Shown: positions 29,911 to 39,198 of the stretch, piece after piece | Layout: each line of letters opens with the position of its first letter | Position numbering within the stretch: position 1 is the stretch's first letter | Assembly: GCA_031409955.1 (NCBI GenBank) | Contig: JANNYF010000012.1 | Location: forward strand, 25,927-89,926 | DNA from: Blastocatellia bacterium | Lineage (GTDB): Bacteria > Acidobacteriota > Blastocatellia > RBC074 | Direction: 5' to 3' | DNA: 64,000 bases | Made by a program: the position numbers and the translations under genes | The notes under the pieces: generated by a model | What the model was told of the DNA's origin: nothing | What the model saw: only the letters and a program-made list of their open reading frames with translations | The model's database searches: none

Positions 29911-31338
29911 ATGAAAACACTTGTGGCATTTTTACTACTTACTCTGACACTCAATGCTCTGTGCATCGGCGTCTTCGCGCAGGATGCCACCACGCTCAAA
30001 GGCGATTGGAGCGGCGTGCTGGACGCAGGCGCGGCAAAGCTGAAATTGATTCTGCACTTCACGCCAGAAGCCGATGGCACGTGGCGCGGCACGATGGACA
30101 GCCCCGATCAAGCGGCGAACGGATTGAAGATTGATACCATCACGGTGGAAGGCCAGACCTTGAAATTCACCATGCGAGCCATCGCTGCTTCGTATGAAGG
30201 TACGCTGAACGGCGGCGAAATTGCGGGCAAGTTTACGCAAAGTGGAATGACGTTCCCGCTCAATTTCAAACGCCCGACGGCGGCGGACTCTGCGCCACCG
30301 AAACGACCGCAGACGCCACAACTCCCATATCCCTACAATGAAGAAGAGGTCACGTTTGAGAACCCCGCCGCGAACGTCAAATTGGCGGGAACGCTGACCA
30401 CGCCGCGCACGAAAGCGCCGTTTCCAGTGGTCGTGTTGATTACCGGCTCCGGCCCACAAAATCGCAATGAAGAATTGCTGGGGCATCAGCCGTTCCTGGT
30501 GCTGAGCGATCATTTGACGCGGGCGGGCATTGCGGTGCTGCGCTTTGATGATCGCGGAGTGGGGAAGTCTACGGGCAAATTCGGCACGGCGACGAGCGCG
30601 GATTTTGCAACCGATGTGTTGGCAGCCGTTGCGTATTTGAAAACGCGCCCAGAAATCAATCCGAAGAAGATCGGCTTGGTCGGTCACAGCGAGGGTGGCT
30701 TGATTGCGCCGATGTGTGCGGTGCAATCAAAGGACGTCGCGTTCATCGTGATGATGGCGGGGCCGGGCGTACCGGGCGATGAAATTCTGTACGAACAAGG
30801 CGCGTTGATTATGCGCGCCGAAGGAACGCCGGAGGCTACGATTGCCGAGAACCGGAAGACGCAGGAAAAAATGTTTGCGATTATCAAAGCAGAGAATGAC
30901 GCGGCAGGCGCGGAAAAGAAATTGATGGAACTTGTTGCGACGGTCGTTGCCACTGCTCCCGACGCACAAAAGAAAACCGTCGAAGCATCGCTGAACGCGC
31001 AAGTCAAAACTGTCAACGCGCCCTGGTTTCGCTACTTCCTGACGTTCGATCCGCGCCCGACGTTGCGCCAGGTGAAAGTGCCTGTTCTCGCCATCAACGG
31101 CGAACTGGATTTGCAAGTCTCGCCCCAACAAAACCTGCCGGAAATTGCCAAAGCCTTGAAAGCGGCGGGCAATAAAAAATTCCAAACCGTTGCGTTACCC
31201 AAGCTCAATCACCTGTTTCAGACCACCCAAACCGGAGCCTTTTCTGAATACGCCAAGCTCGAAGAAACGATGTCGCCGACCGCCTTAACCTTGATGTCGG
31301 ATTGGATTGCGAAGCAAACGGGCGTGAAGAAAAAGTAG
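29911..31338 (+). CDS. Secreted alpha/beta hydrolase
   Basis: RBS gaggaa. Signal peptide. GHSEGG (GxSxG) nucleophile elbow with distal Asp/His. Confidence 0.8.
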   Translation: MKTLVAFLLLTLTLNALCIGVFAQDATTLKGDWSGVLDAGAAKLKLILHFTPEADGTWRGTMDSPDQAANGLKIDTITVEGQTLKFTMRAIAASYEGTLNGGEIAGKFTQSGMTFPLNFKRPTAADSAPPKRPQTPQLPYPYNEEEVTFENPAANVKLAGTLTTPRTKAPFPVVVLITGSGPQNRNEELLGHQPFLVLSDHLTRAGIAVLRFDDRGVGKSTGKFGTATSADFATDVLAAVAYLKTRPEINPKKIGLVGHSEGGLIAPMCAVQSKDVAFIVMMAGPGVPGDEILYEQGALIMRAEGTPEATIAENRKTQEKMFAIIKAENDAAGAEKKLMELVATVVATAPDAQKKTVEASLNAQVKTVNAPWFRYFLTFDPRPTLRQVKVPVLAINGELDLQVSPQQNLPEIAKALKAAGNKKFQTVALPKLNHLFQTTQTGAFSEYAKLEETMSPTALTLMSDWIAKQTGVKKK

Positions 31339-31374
31339 CCTGCGTAGATGGAATGGCTTCAAAATAATAAGGCC

Positions 31375-31513
31375 AAAACCACGGACACACGCGTGTGGGA
31401 GATCAGCACACGGAGAAACGTAGACAGGATTGACAAGATGAACAGGATCAATCAAAAGCCATCTTGTGCATCTTGTCAATCCTGTCTAAATTCCCCCGTG
31501 CTCCCTGTGGTTT
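31375..31513. repeat. Family D element downstream of the TonB receptor stop, containing a perfect 20-bp inverted repeat (tagacaggattgacaagatg / catcttgtcaatcctgtcta, 31421-31488)
   Basis: Outer arms are aaaccacgg... / ...ccctgtggttt. Shares the 20-nt segment cccccgtgctccctgtggtt with the 35238-35330 copy. Confidence 0.5.
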
Positions 31514-31530
31514 ATTGCTTTGCCAGACTT

Positions 31531-34500
31531 CTAAAACTCGAATCTGCCCACCAACTGCACGATGCGCGGCGAGAAGGTGCCGCTGAATCGTCCAAACGTC
31601 GCGCTGTTGATGTCGAACATCGCGCCTGTCCCAGCTTGCGATGCGCCGCTCAAACTGAAGTTCGCGCGGTTCAGCACATTGAAGGCTTCGACGCGCAATT
31701 GCAGCCGCGTCGTTTCGGTCATCTGAATGTTCTTGATGATCGAAGCGTCCCAATTCAAATAGAGCGGGCCATTGATGAATGCGCGTTCCAACGTTCCGGT
31801 TTGACCGGGGCCGTTATTGAAGAACGCTTGTCCGGCGAACGCCGTCGAGCCTAAACCTTCTGCCGCCCGGCCTGTGCCAGCACAAGTCGTTTGATTCAGG
31901 TTGATGACCGACGGGTTGATGTAATACACGCCGCACGCCGTTTTGTGGATGCCGATCAAATCCTTGATCTGACTCTTCGACAGGTTAGTTTGCGGGGTTT
32001 GCCGACCCGAACGCGAGACGCGGTTGAGCGTGCCGCGCACGTCTACGAACGTGAGCGGCGCACCCGTGGCGATGTTCATGATCGAAGTCAGTTGGAACCC
32101 GCCAAAGACACGATTGATGGTTCCGCTGTGATTCAACCATTTCTTGCCATTGCCGAACGGTAATTCGTAAATCGCGTTGACGTTGAAGACGTGCGTTTGA
32201 TCGTAATCGGCGCGCGAATATTCCAACTCAGGCCGCGCGTTATCCAGGTTCGTATTGAACTTGAACTGATCCGTACCCGTCGCATTCGTCAGCACTTTTT
32301 GGAACGTGTAGTTGGTTTGGAAATACAAGCCATTCGAGAACCGTTTGCGCAACTCAATCTGCAATGAGTTGTAGTTGTACTTCCCGCCGTTTTCCAGAAT
32401 CGAGATCGTACCCGCGTTTTCATTGGCTCGCAGCGGCACTGTGCCCTGTAAACCATTTTGCACATAAGTCAGCAACAAGGTTTGTGGATCGCCTGCGCGA
32501 ATCGTATTCGCAATCGTTGCGTTCGTGAGCAAACCGCCCGCCGCAAACTTCGGAAAGACAGTCAAGGTCTGGCACCCTGCTGTCGTGCAGCCTGCATTGC
32601 CGGTCAACAGAAGATTGGCACGGGCGCGATTGAAATCGGCCAGAAAGCCGTTGGTATTCATGTCAAAGTTGTTGATGTCCAACCCGCGCGGCAGATTGTT
32701 GCTTTGCCCGCCGACATAGCGCACTTCGAGCGCGGTTTGGAATCCCAACTCGCGTTGAATGCCAAAGCTGTATTCGTTCGACCGCGCAATTTGATAGTTC
32801 GGATCAATCGCAAAGACTGCGCCAAAGTTGGCGGCAATCTGGTTGTTCTGCAAAAACGTGCGCGGCAATGCAAACGCAGGCGCGTTGATGGTCGGCACAC
32901 TGCCCAGCCGTGCGTTGAGGTTGGCAAGCGTGACGCCTGTGCTGAGTCCGGCGTTGGTTTGTTGCGAGGAATCCTGTGACCGCAAAATTTCATCGTTCAC
33001 ATAACTCATGCGGAAGCCACCGCGCACGACGGTTTTGCCGCCACTACCGAAAACACTGCTCAGGAATTTGTTTTGGAAATTCGGCGAGTATGCAAAGCCC
33101 AACACCGGAGCAAAATTGTTTTTGTCTGTCTTGTGCAGTTTGTTGTTGCCGTACCCGTTGATGAAATCCACTTTGCCGTTGGGATCAAGCACGGCTTGCA
33201 GCACGGTTTGCCCAGGCGCGATGTACGGCTCCAACGCCAGTCCCTGCTTTTCGCGCAGCGGCGTGTAGAGTTCGTAGCGCAAGCCCATCGTCAACGTCAG
33301 ACGCGGCGTCGCTCGCCATTGATCGGACAAATAGAGCGAATGCACATCGAACGCATAATCGAACGCGGCTGCCGCGCCGGACGAATAGCCAGACGTGCGC
33401 GTCGCTGCATTGAAGGTTTGCGTGCCTGTGCCGACGATGCCGCCGAGCAAGGCTAACAAACCATTCGCGGTTCCCAATTGTGCCGTGCTGATGCCGCCTG
33501 TGAAATTGCCTGCGATAAAGCTCGGCGTGTTCGTGTTCGTGCCTAACGTGAAGCGCGGGACGGTATCGAACTTCGCTGATGTGAAGTCTGTGACGAATTG
33601 CGATTGCCCGCCAAAGCGCAGCGCGTGATTGCCCCATTGACGTTCGGCGTTGTCCTGGAGGTTGTAATTGGCGGTGTCGCGGCCTTGCTCTTGCTGATTG
33701 ACTTCGGGATTGTTGATGAGCGGGAGCGTCAAATAAAATGCGGGTTCCGCTTTGACGCGAGCGAAGAACGGATCGCTCAAAAACGCGCCGCTGCGCAATT
33801 CGTTGGTGAACGTTGCGCTCGGCGTCCAGCGCCACGCAACCGAGGTGAATTTGCGCGTCGAAGGCTGCACAATCGTCGGCGTGGATAAGTATCCCGAAGG
33901 GCTGTCCACGTCCGGGCGATCATTCACCTTTTCGTTCGTGTAACTCAGCACGCCGCTGACCGTGTGTTTGTCGCTGACTTCGTAATCGAAGCGACCCGTG
34001 TATTTGTCGGTGTCGGTATTGCTGCGTTGATTGAAGCGATAGCCCGTCGTGTTGCGTTGATCGCCACGATCTACGGCATTGCCAACCGCAGGGACGTTCG
34101 CCAGAATGCGGCTGCTGACAATGGGGTCAATGCCGGGCAGCCCCGCGTTGCCGAGCAATGTAAACAGATTCACAGTGCGCAAAACGGGGCCACCATTGGC
34201 TGCCGTCGTGTTGTCGAGGTAGGTGAAATTTCCGAGCCGTGCGCTCGGCGTCAGAATCGTGCGGACTTGCGTGGATTGCGTGCGTGTTCGCAAGCCTTCG
34301 TAAAAGCCAAAGAAAAACAATTTGTTCTTGATGATTGGGCCGCTGATTTTGCCGCCGAATTGATTGCGATTGAGAAAGGCTTTCGCTGTCCCGCTCGCGT
34401 TATTGAAATAGCGATTCGCCGCGAACTCCGAATTGCGATTGTAGAGTTGTGCGCTGCCGTGAAAAGCGTTCTGTCCGCGCGGCGTCACGAATTGGACTTG

Positions 34501-35178
34501 CGATGCGCCGTAGCCTAATTCTGCTCCCGCATTCTGCGTCGTCAACGTGAATTCGCTGACGTCATCTACGTTCGGGCGTTCGACCGAAAAGCTCGAAGCG
34601 TTGGCGCGAATGTGGTTGTCCTGAATGTTGATGCCGTCGCGTGTGATGTTCGTGAAGGTCGGGCGCTGACCATTGATTGATGTGCCTTGCGCGCCGTTGG
34701 ACGCGGTTCCGGCTTGCAGCAAAATCAAGCTTGTCGGGTCGCGCCCGTTGAGCGGCAGTTCGACGATTTGGCGCGGGCTGACGGTGTTGCTGATTTGCGG
34801 GTTCGTGGCGTTGAGCAAATCCGCGCCCGCCGTGATGGTCACGCTTTCCGCCGCCAGACCAATTTCCAGCCCCACGTTCAGCGAGTATTCCTGCCCAATA
34901 TCAATCTTGACGTTTTTCGCGTTGAAGGTTTTGAAGCCGTTCACGGTGACGGTGACGTTGTACGCGCCGGGATCAAGTTGCGGCAGGAGGAACGCGCCTT
35001 CGCCGTTCGACGTAATGGTGCGTTCTTTGCCCGTTTGATTGTCCGTGACCTTCACGGTTGCGCCGGGCAACACGCCGTCCGGCCCTGACACCGTGCCGAT
35101 CAAGCGACCTGTGTTAGACTGCGCAATGGCTGCTGCAGTGAGCAACAGCAGCATTGCAAAGGAGATGATTTTCTTCAT
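31531..35178 (-). CDS. TonB-dependent receptor-like OM protein with CarboxypepD_reg N-terminal domain
   Basis: Signal peptide, GTVSGPDGVLPGATVKVTDNQTGKERTITSNGEGAFLLPQLDPGAYNVTVTVNGFK, about 1215 aa, C-terminal F. Confidence 0.85.
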   Translation of the reverse strand: MKKIISFAMLLLLTAAAIAQSNTGRLIGTVSGPDGVLPGATVKVTDNQTGKERTITSNGEGAFLLPQLDPGAYNVTVTVNGFKTFNAKNVKIDIGQEYSLNVGLEIGLAAESVTITAGADLLNATNPQISNTVSPRQIVELPLNGRDPTSLILLQAGTASNGAQGTSINGQRPTFTNITRDGINIQDNHIRANASSFSVERPNVDDVSEFTLTTQNAGAELGYGASQVQFVTPRGQNAFHGSAQLYNRNSEFAANRYFNNASGTAKAFLNRNQFGGKISGPIIKNKLFFFGFYEGLRTRTQSTQVRTILTPSARLGNFTYLDNTTAANGGPVLRTVNLFTLLGNAGLPGIDPIVSSRILANVPAVGNAVDRGDQRNTTGYRFNQRSNTDTDKYTGRFDYEVSDKHTVSGVLSYTNEKVNDRPDVDSPSGYLSTPTIVQPSTRKFTSVAWRWTPSATFTNELRSGAFLSDPFFARVKAEPAFYLTLPLINNPEVNQQEQGRDTANYNLQDNAERQWGNHALRFGGQSQFVTDFTSAKFDTVPRFTLGTNTNTPSFIAGNFTGGISTAQLGTANGLLALLGGIVGTGTQTFNAATRTSGYSSGAAAAFDYAFDVHSLYLSDQWRATPRLTLTMGLRYELYTPLREKQGLALEPYIAPGQTVLQAVLDPNGKVDFINGYGNNKLHKTDKNNFAPVLGFAYSPNFQNKFLSSVFGSGGKTVVRGGFRMSYVNDEILRSQDSSQQTNAGLSTGVTLANLNARLGSVPTINAPAFALPRTFLQNNQIAANFGAVFAIDPNYQIARSNEYSFGIQRELGFQTALEVRYVGGQSNNLPRGLDINNFDMNTNGFLADFNRARANLLLTGNAGCTTAGCQTLTVFPKFAAGGLLTNATIANTIRAGDPQTLLLTYVQNGLQGTVPLRANENAGTISILENGGKYNYNSLQIELRKRFSNGLYFQTNYTFQKVLTNATGTDQFKFNTNLDNARPELEYSRADYDQTHVFNVNAIYELPFGNGKKWLNHSGTINRVFGGFQLTSIMNIATGAPLTFVDVRGTLNRVSRSGRQTPQTNLSKSQIKDLIGIHKTACGVYYINPSVINLNQTTCAGTGRAAEGLGSTAFAGQAFFNNGPGQTGTLERAFINGPLYLNWDASIIKNIQMTETTRLQLRVEAFNVLNRANFSLSGASQAGTGAMFDINSATFGRFSGTFSPRIVQLVGRFEF

Positions 35179-35237
35179 AGTTTAGTCCTCTTGAGGTGGA
35201 GTTATTAAGGGTGCGTAAAGAAAAGTTCCTGATGAAA

Positions 35238-35330
35238 TCAAACCACGGGGAACACGGGGAGCACTGGGAAAATCCAAGCCGCGCGCGCTATTTTTGCCCC
35301 GTGTCCCCCGTGCTCCCTGTGGTTCAAATC
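35238..35330. repeat. Family D hairpin element between the two TonB receptor genes
   Basis: aaccacggggaacacggggagcac ... gccccgtgtcccccgtgctccctgtggtt imperfect inverted repeat. Shares a 20-nt identity with the 31495-31514 copy. Confidence 0.5.
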
Positions 35331-35350
35331 TGGAAGTTAACTGTATACGC

Positions 35351-38300
35351 TTAGAACTTCAGCCGCAGCGCGAATTGAATCAGACGCGGATTGCTGCTGA
35401 AGACCAGATCGGGTTGATTGAATTGCGCCCGCCCGACGGTGTTGACGTTGCCCACCGCCTGCGTGGCAATCGGGACGACGCTGTTCGGCGTGCCGGACAC
35501 GTATTGCGGATGATTCAAGCCATTGATGAAATCTGCGCGGAATTGCAGCTTCTTCGTTTCCGTCACGGCAAAGTCTTTCGAGAGCGAAAAATCAATGTTG
35601 TTGATGGCAGGCAATGCCAGCGTGTTGCGCCCCGCCGTCGCACGCGCACCCAAGCCTGCTTGAATGTATTGCGCGTTCGGATTGGTGGCTAAGTAGCCCA
35701 CTGTTTTGCCTGCCGTATTCGTCAGCGCCGTCACCAAACTGGAAGTGTTTTTCACGCCATTGGTGTTGATGATCGAACGATCTCCGGCGGCGTCGCCATT
35801 CAGGTTGGCGTCAACGCCGCTCAGCACCGTGACGTGTTCGCCGGATTCATAACTGAACGTTCCCGCGAAGCTGAATCCACCGAACAACGACCGCGCCAGG
35901 CGATGACTGCTCTTGGCAAAAAACGGAAGGTCGTAGATGCCAGAGACGGCGAGACGATGACGATGATCGAGAATTGAATTGGCCTTCTCCGCCCGCATGT
36001 TTTGGAAGTCTTGCGCCCGGCGCGGGGCCAAGACTGTGCTGAAAACCTCGGCGGTCGAATCGTCAATGTTGTGGCTCCAGGTGTAGGCCGCATTCGCCAA
36101 AAATCCGCCTGTGAATCGTCGCGTCAAGGACGAAGAAAATGCGTGATAGGTCGAGCTGCCATTCGAGACAAACGCCACCACGTTCGCGCCATTGAAACCC
36201 GCATTGGCATAAGCCGGCACAAAGCGCGAGCGCGGGTTGATCGTGTCTTGCAACGTGACTGTCAACCTGTCTAAATCTGCTTGCGCAGGTCTCGACAAGT
36301 ACGTGGGAAGGAAGATCGTGTCGGTAGTTTTGGGCTGCACGTTCAGGCGATTCTGCGTGGGCAAGTGAACGCCGCGTGTGCCGAGATAGCGCGTTTCCAG
36401 CGACCAGTTGGTTAAGAACTGGCGCTGAATGCTCAGGCTGTATGACATCGCGTAGGGAACTTGTTGATTGTCTACCCACGCGCTGGTCGCGGCGCGTGCG
36501 GCTGCCGCTGAAGTTGCGGTGGCTGGCACGACGTTGTGAATCCCGCCATTCGCCAGGAAGTTGTTGATGTCAGGCGTCGCCGGGATGTTGACTGTGACCT
36601 GCGCTTGCGGCGGACTCGACAAAATATAGAGGTTGTCTACGATCACATCGTAGGCCATCGAGAAGCCCGCGCGAATCGAACTCTTGCCGCCGGAACCAAA
36701 CAAGAAACCCAGTGGGCCGGAGTCATAATTCGGCGCATATACCAAGCCGATACGCGGCCCGAAATTCTTCTTCTGCGCGGTGGGTGCGCCAAATTCAATC
36801 AGTCCCGGCACGTTGGAAATGGCGTTCAGTTTTTGCAAGCTCGCGCCGAACGGCACTTGCTGATAGACGTAGTTCACGCCCGCATTCAGCGTCAGGTTCG
36901 GACGCATCCGCCATTCGTCTTGCCCAAAACCGAAGAACAGAATTTGGTCGCCGTAATACTTCGACGCGCCCACGTTGCGCTCGGCTAAAAAGTCAGGATT
37001 CAAATCGCGCAGGAAGCGATCTGTCGTGTTGTATTGATAATCGCCGCGCTCGCGTTGCACGAAGGTTTGCGGCGAAATGCTCTTGCGCACATCCGCGCCA
37101 AACTTCAACGAGTGATTGCCCGCGAGATAGGAAATGTTGTTGATGAGTTGATAGTTGTTTTCGGTGTTGTACTGCGGCCCGTTTGGATCGGGGCCAATAT
37201 CAATGCCCAAATCTTTCAGCCCGACATTCGGAAATGAGTCAAACCCAGCGATGGGGAATTTGGTATCGGGGATCGAAACGTCATTTACAAAGCGACGATA
37301 GGACAGGCGCATTTCATACGTCAGCTTCGGCGTGAAGGTGTGCAGGAAGGTGTAGGAAAACAAACGACCATCGGTCGGGTTCAGGAAGAAGAACGCAGGC
37401 AGCGTGGCATTGTTGTCAATCGCGCGCAGACGGTTGTACGTGAAGCGACCGCGATGCTGTGTTTTCTCGCTTTGCGTGTAATCCAGATTCAGCACGAAGT
37501 TGCGCTGATTCGTCCAATTCGGCGCGTCGAACGAAATATTGCCGACCGGAATGTTGACGCCATTCACGGCAATCGTTCCGGCATCATTGGTCGGCGCGGT
37601 TGGCACATATTGTTTGAAGAGCGCGAGGTTGGGGGCAGAGAGTCCCGCGATGCGATCCAGCGCCGCGAAGCCTGCGGCAGTGGGCGAAGTCAGACCCGCC
37701 GGAGCGGCTGCGTTGCCGATGCCCAAACCTTCGTAGCTGACAAAAAAGAACAGGCGATCTTTGCCGTTGATGATCGGGCTGCCGCCTGTGCCGAAGCGCG
37801 GCAGATGCAGCGGGCCGCCGATGTTGCCGCCGTAGCGAGCGAAATCGTAACGCGGCATGAACGTCGTGCCGGGCGCATTCTGTTCGCGCACGACGCCCGC
37901 GTTTTTCTGCGTGGTATCAAGCGCGTTTAGGTAACGATTGCGGAAGAAGCTGTACAACGTGCCGTGATATTCATTGCCACCGCTTTTGGATGCGACGATG
38001 AATTGGCCGCCCGTCGAACGCGCAAACTCGGCAGCGAATTGATTGGTCAAAATTGAAAACTCGGAAACTGTTTCCGGCGACACATAAACGGCGGGGCCGG
38101 AGATGTCTTTGCGGTTGTTATCAATGCCATCCACGACAAAGTTATTGTTGCGCGGACGTTGCCCACCGACCGAACCGCCCGTGCCTAAACCGAGGCCGCC
38201 GCTGCCCGTGACGTTCGGCGCTAACAAGGCCAGGTTGTAAATACCGGAACTTGCGGAGTTCGCCGTGGTAATAGACGTTTGAGGAAGTTCGACGACTTGC

Positions 38301-38734
38301 CGGGAATTGAACCCTTTCGACAAATTCGTGGTGGTGGTTTGGATTAGCTCTGCACCTTCCGCCGAGATTTCGACGGTTTCTGTTTGAATGCCGACTTGTA
38401 ACGCGACGGGCACGTCGGTCGTTTGATTCAAGCCCACGCGGACATCGCTCAAGGTCAGCTTTTTGAAATTGGCTGCCTCGATGGTGATCTGGTAATCGCC
38501 CGCCAACAAGTTATTGAAGCGGAACTCGCCATCGCCGCTAGATTCGGCGGTCACGGTATGGCTGGTCTTGCGATCCGTGATGCTGATTTTGGCGCCGGGG
38601 ACAATCGCGCCGCTGGGGTCTTTCACGATGCCGCGCACATTGCCGGTGGTTTGCTGTGCCAGCACCGGGCAGAGAAGAGAGATGAGTAAGAGAAGTAAGG
38701 TTGTGACTTGCGTCATTGGCGATAGTTTTTTCAC
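35351..38734 (-). CDS. TonB-dependent receptor-like OM protein with CarboxypepD_reg N-terminal domain
   Basis: RBS aaggag. Signal peptide. GIVKDPSGAIVPGAKISITDRKTSHTVTAESSGDGEFRFNNLLAGDYQITIEAANFK. About 1127 aa. Confidence 0.85.
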   Translation of the reverse strand: MKKLSPMTQVTTLLLLLISLLCPVLAQQTTGNVRGIVKDPSGAIVPGAKISITDRKTSHTVTAESSGDGEFRFNNLLAGDYQITIEAANFKKLTLSDVRVGLNQTTDVPVALQVGIQTETVEISAEGAELIQTTTTNLSKGFNSRQVVELPQTSITTANSASSGIYNLALLAPNVTGSGGLGLGTGGSVGGQRPRNNNFVVDGIDNNRKDISGPAVYVSPETVSEFSILTNQFAAEFARSTGGQFIVASKSGGNEYHGTLYSFFRNRYLNALDTTQKNAGVVREQNAPGTTFMPRYDFARYGGNIGGPLHLPRFGTGGSPIINGKDRLFFFVSYEGLGIGNAAAPAGLTSPTAAGFAALDRIAGLSAPNLALFKQYVPTAPTNDAGTIAVNGVNIPVGNISFDAPNWTNQRNFVLNLDYTQSEKTQHRGRFTYNRLRAIDNNATLPAFFFLNPTDGRLFSYTFLHTFTPKLTYEMRLSYRRFVNDVSIPDTKFPIAGFDSFPNVGLKDLGIDIGPDPNGPQYNTENNYQLINNISYLAGNHSLKFGADVRKSISPQTFVQRERGDYQYNTTDRFLRDLNPDFLAERNVGASKYYGDQILFFGFGQDEWRMRPNLTLNAGVNYVYQQVPFGASLQKLNAISNVPGLIEFGAPTAQKKNFGPRIGLVYAPNYDSGPLGFLFGSGGKSSIRAGFSMAYDVIVDNLYILSSPPQAQVTVNIPATPDINNFLANGGIHNVVPATATSAAAARAATSAWVDNQQVPYAMSYSLSIQRQFLTNWSLETRYLGTRGVHLPTQNRLNVQPKTTDTIFLPTYLSRPAQADLDRLTVTLQDTINPRSRFVPAYANAGFNGANVVAFVSNGSSTYHAFSSSLTRRFTGGFLANAAYTWSHNIDDSTAEVFSTVLAPRRAQDFQNMRAEKANSILDHRHRLAVSGIYDLPFFAKSSHRLARSLFGGFSFAGTFSYESGEHVTVLSGVDANLNGDAAGDRSIINTNGVKNTSSLVTALTNTAGKTVGYLATNPNAQYIQAGLGARATAGRNTLALPAINNIDFSLSKDFAVTETKKLQFRADFINGLNHPQYVSGTPNSVVPIATQAVGNVNTVGRAQFNQPDLVFSSNPRLIQFALRLKF

Positions 38735-38798
38735 GATAACACTCCTTTGAAGGGGAAACTGATGTTGTCAATTGGCTTCATCCAAACGACAGACAAGG

Positions 38799-38812
38799 GC
38801 AAGTGATGTGCC
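38799..38812 (-). promoter_or_regulatory. Candidate sigma-54 (-24/-12) promoter for the TonB receptor gene at 38734
   Basis: Minus strand reads aGGCAC-atcac-TTGCc, i.e. a GG-N10-GC spacing exactly matching TGGCAC-N5-TTGC. About 65 nt upstream of the ATG. Confidence 0.4.
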
Positions 38813-38941
38813 TCAGTGCCTTGGATTCCCGTCAACTGATTGCAATGGAAATGGCTTAGCGGAGAAATCGGAAATTGGCGGGGTATAGATTTCGCAGCAG
38901 AATAAACAGGACTTTATAAAAAATAATTTGTACTGAAGGAG

Positions 38942-38962
38942 AAATCATATTCGATATGATTT
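38942..38962. promoter_or_regulatory. Palindromic putative operator AAATCATAT-tcg-ATATGATTT in a divergent promoter region
   Basis: 9-bp perfect inverted repeat with a 3-nt centre, located between the divergent TonB receptor and the winged-helix regulator gene. Confidence 0.3.
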
Positions 38963-39027
38963 TCTGAGTGGTTATTGAAACCTCTGTAGTGCTTCGATCA
39001 CTCACCGTATACAGATTGATGGAATCG

Positions 39028-39056
39028 AGAAAACCGAAGAAAAACCGAAGAAAAAC
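39028..39056. promoter_or_regulatory. 11-bp tandem direct repeats (aGAAAACCGAA GAAAAACCGAA GAAAAAC), candidate winged-helix (OmpR-type) binding site
   Basis: Seen in the sequence about 145 bp upstream of the regulator ATG. OmpR/PhoB-type domains typically bind direct repeats with about 11-bp periodicity. Confidence 0.3.
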
Positions 39057-39198
39057 ATCTGAACTTTTTTGTTAATAGATACGTTCTCGAAAACGTCCAT
39101 ACAACTGAACTCACACCGCTGTGAACTAATTCATAAGATCGAATAACCCCTCACGTCTACGGCGCAGAGACGTGACCAATGTTCTAAATCCAAATCTC

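Noticed and set aside
29935-30726. 263-aa minus ORF
   Set aside because: Antisense shadow of the alpha/beta hydrolase gene.
33185-33835. 216-aa ORF on same strand as TonB receptor
   Set aside because: Alternative frame inside the 31531-35178 gene. Arg-rich, no support.
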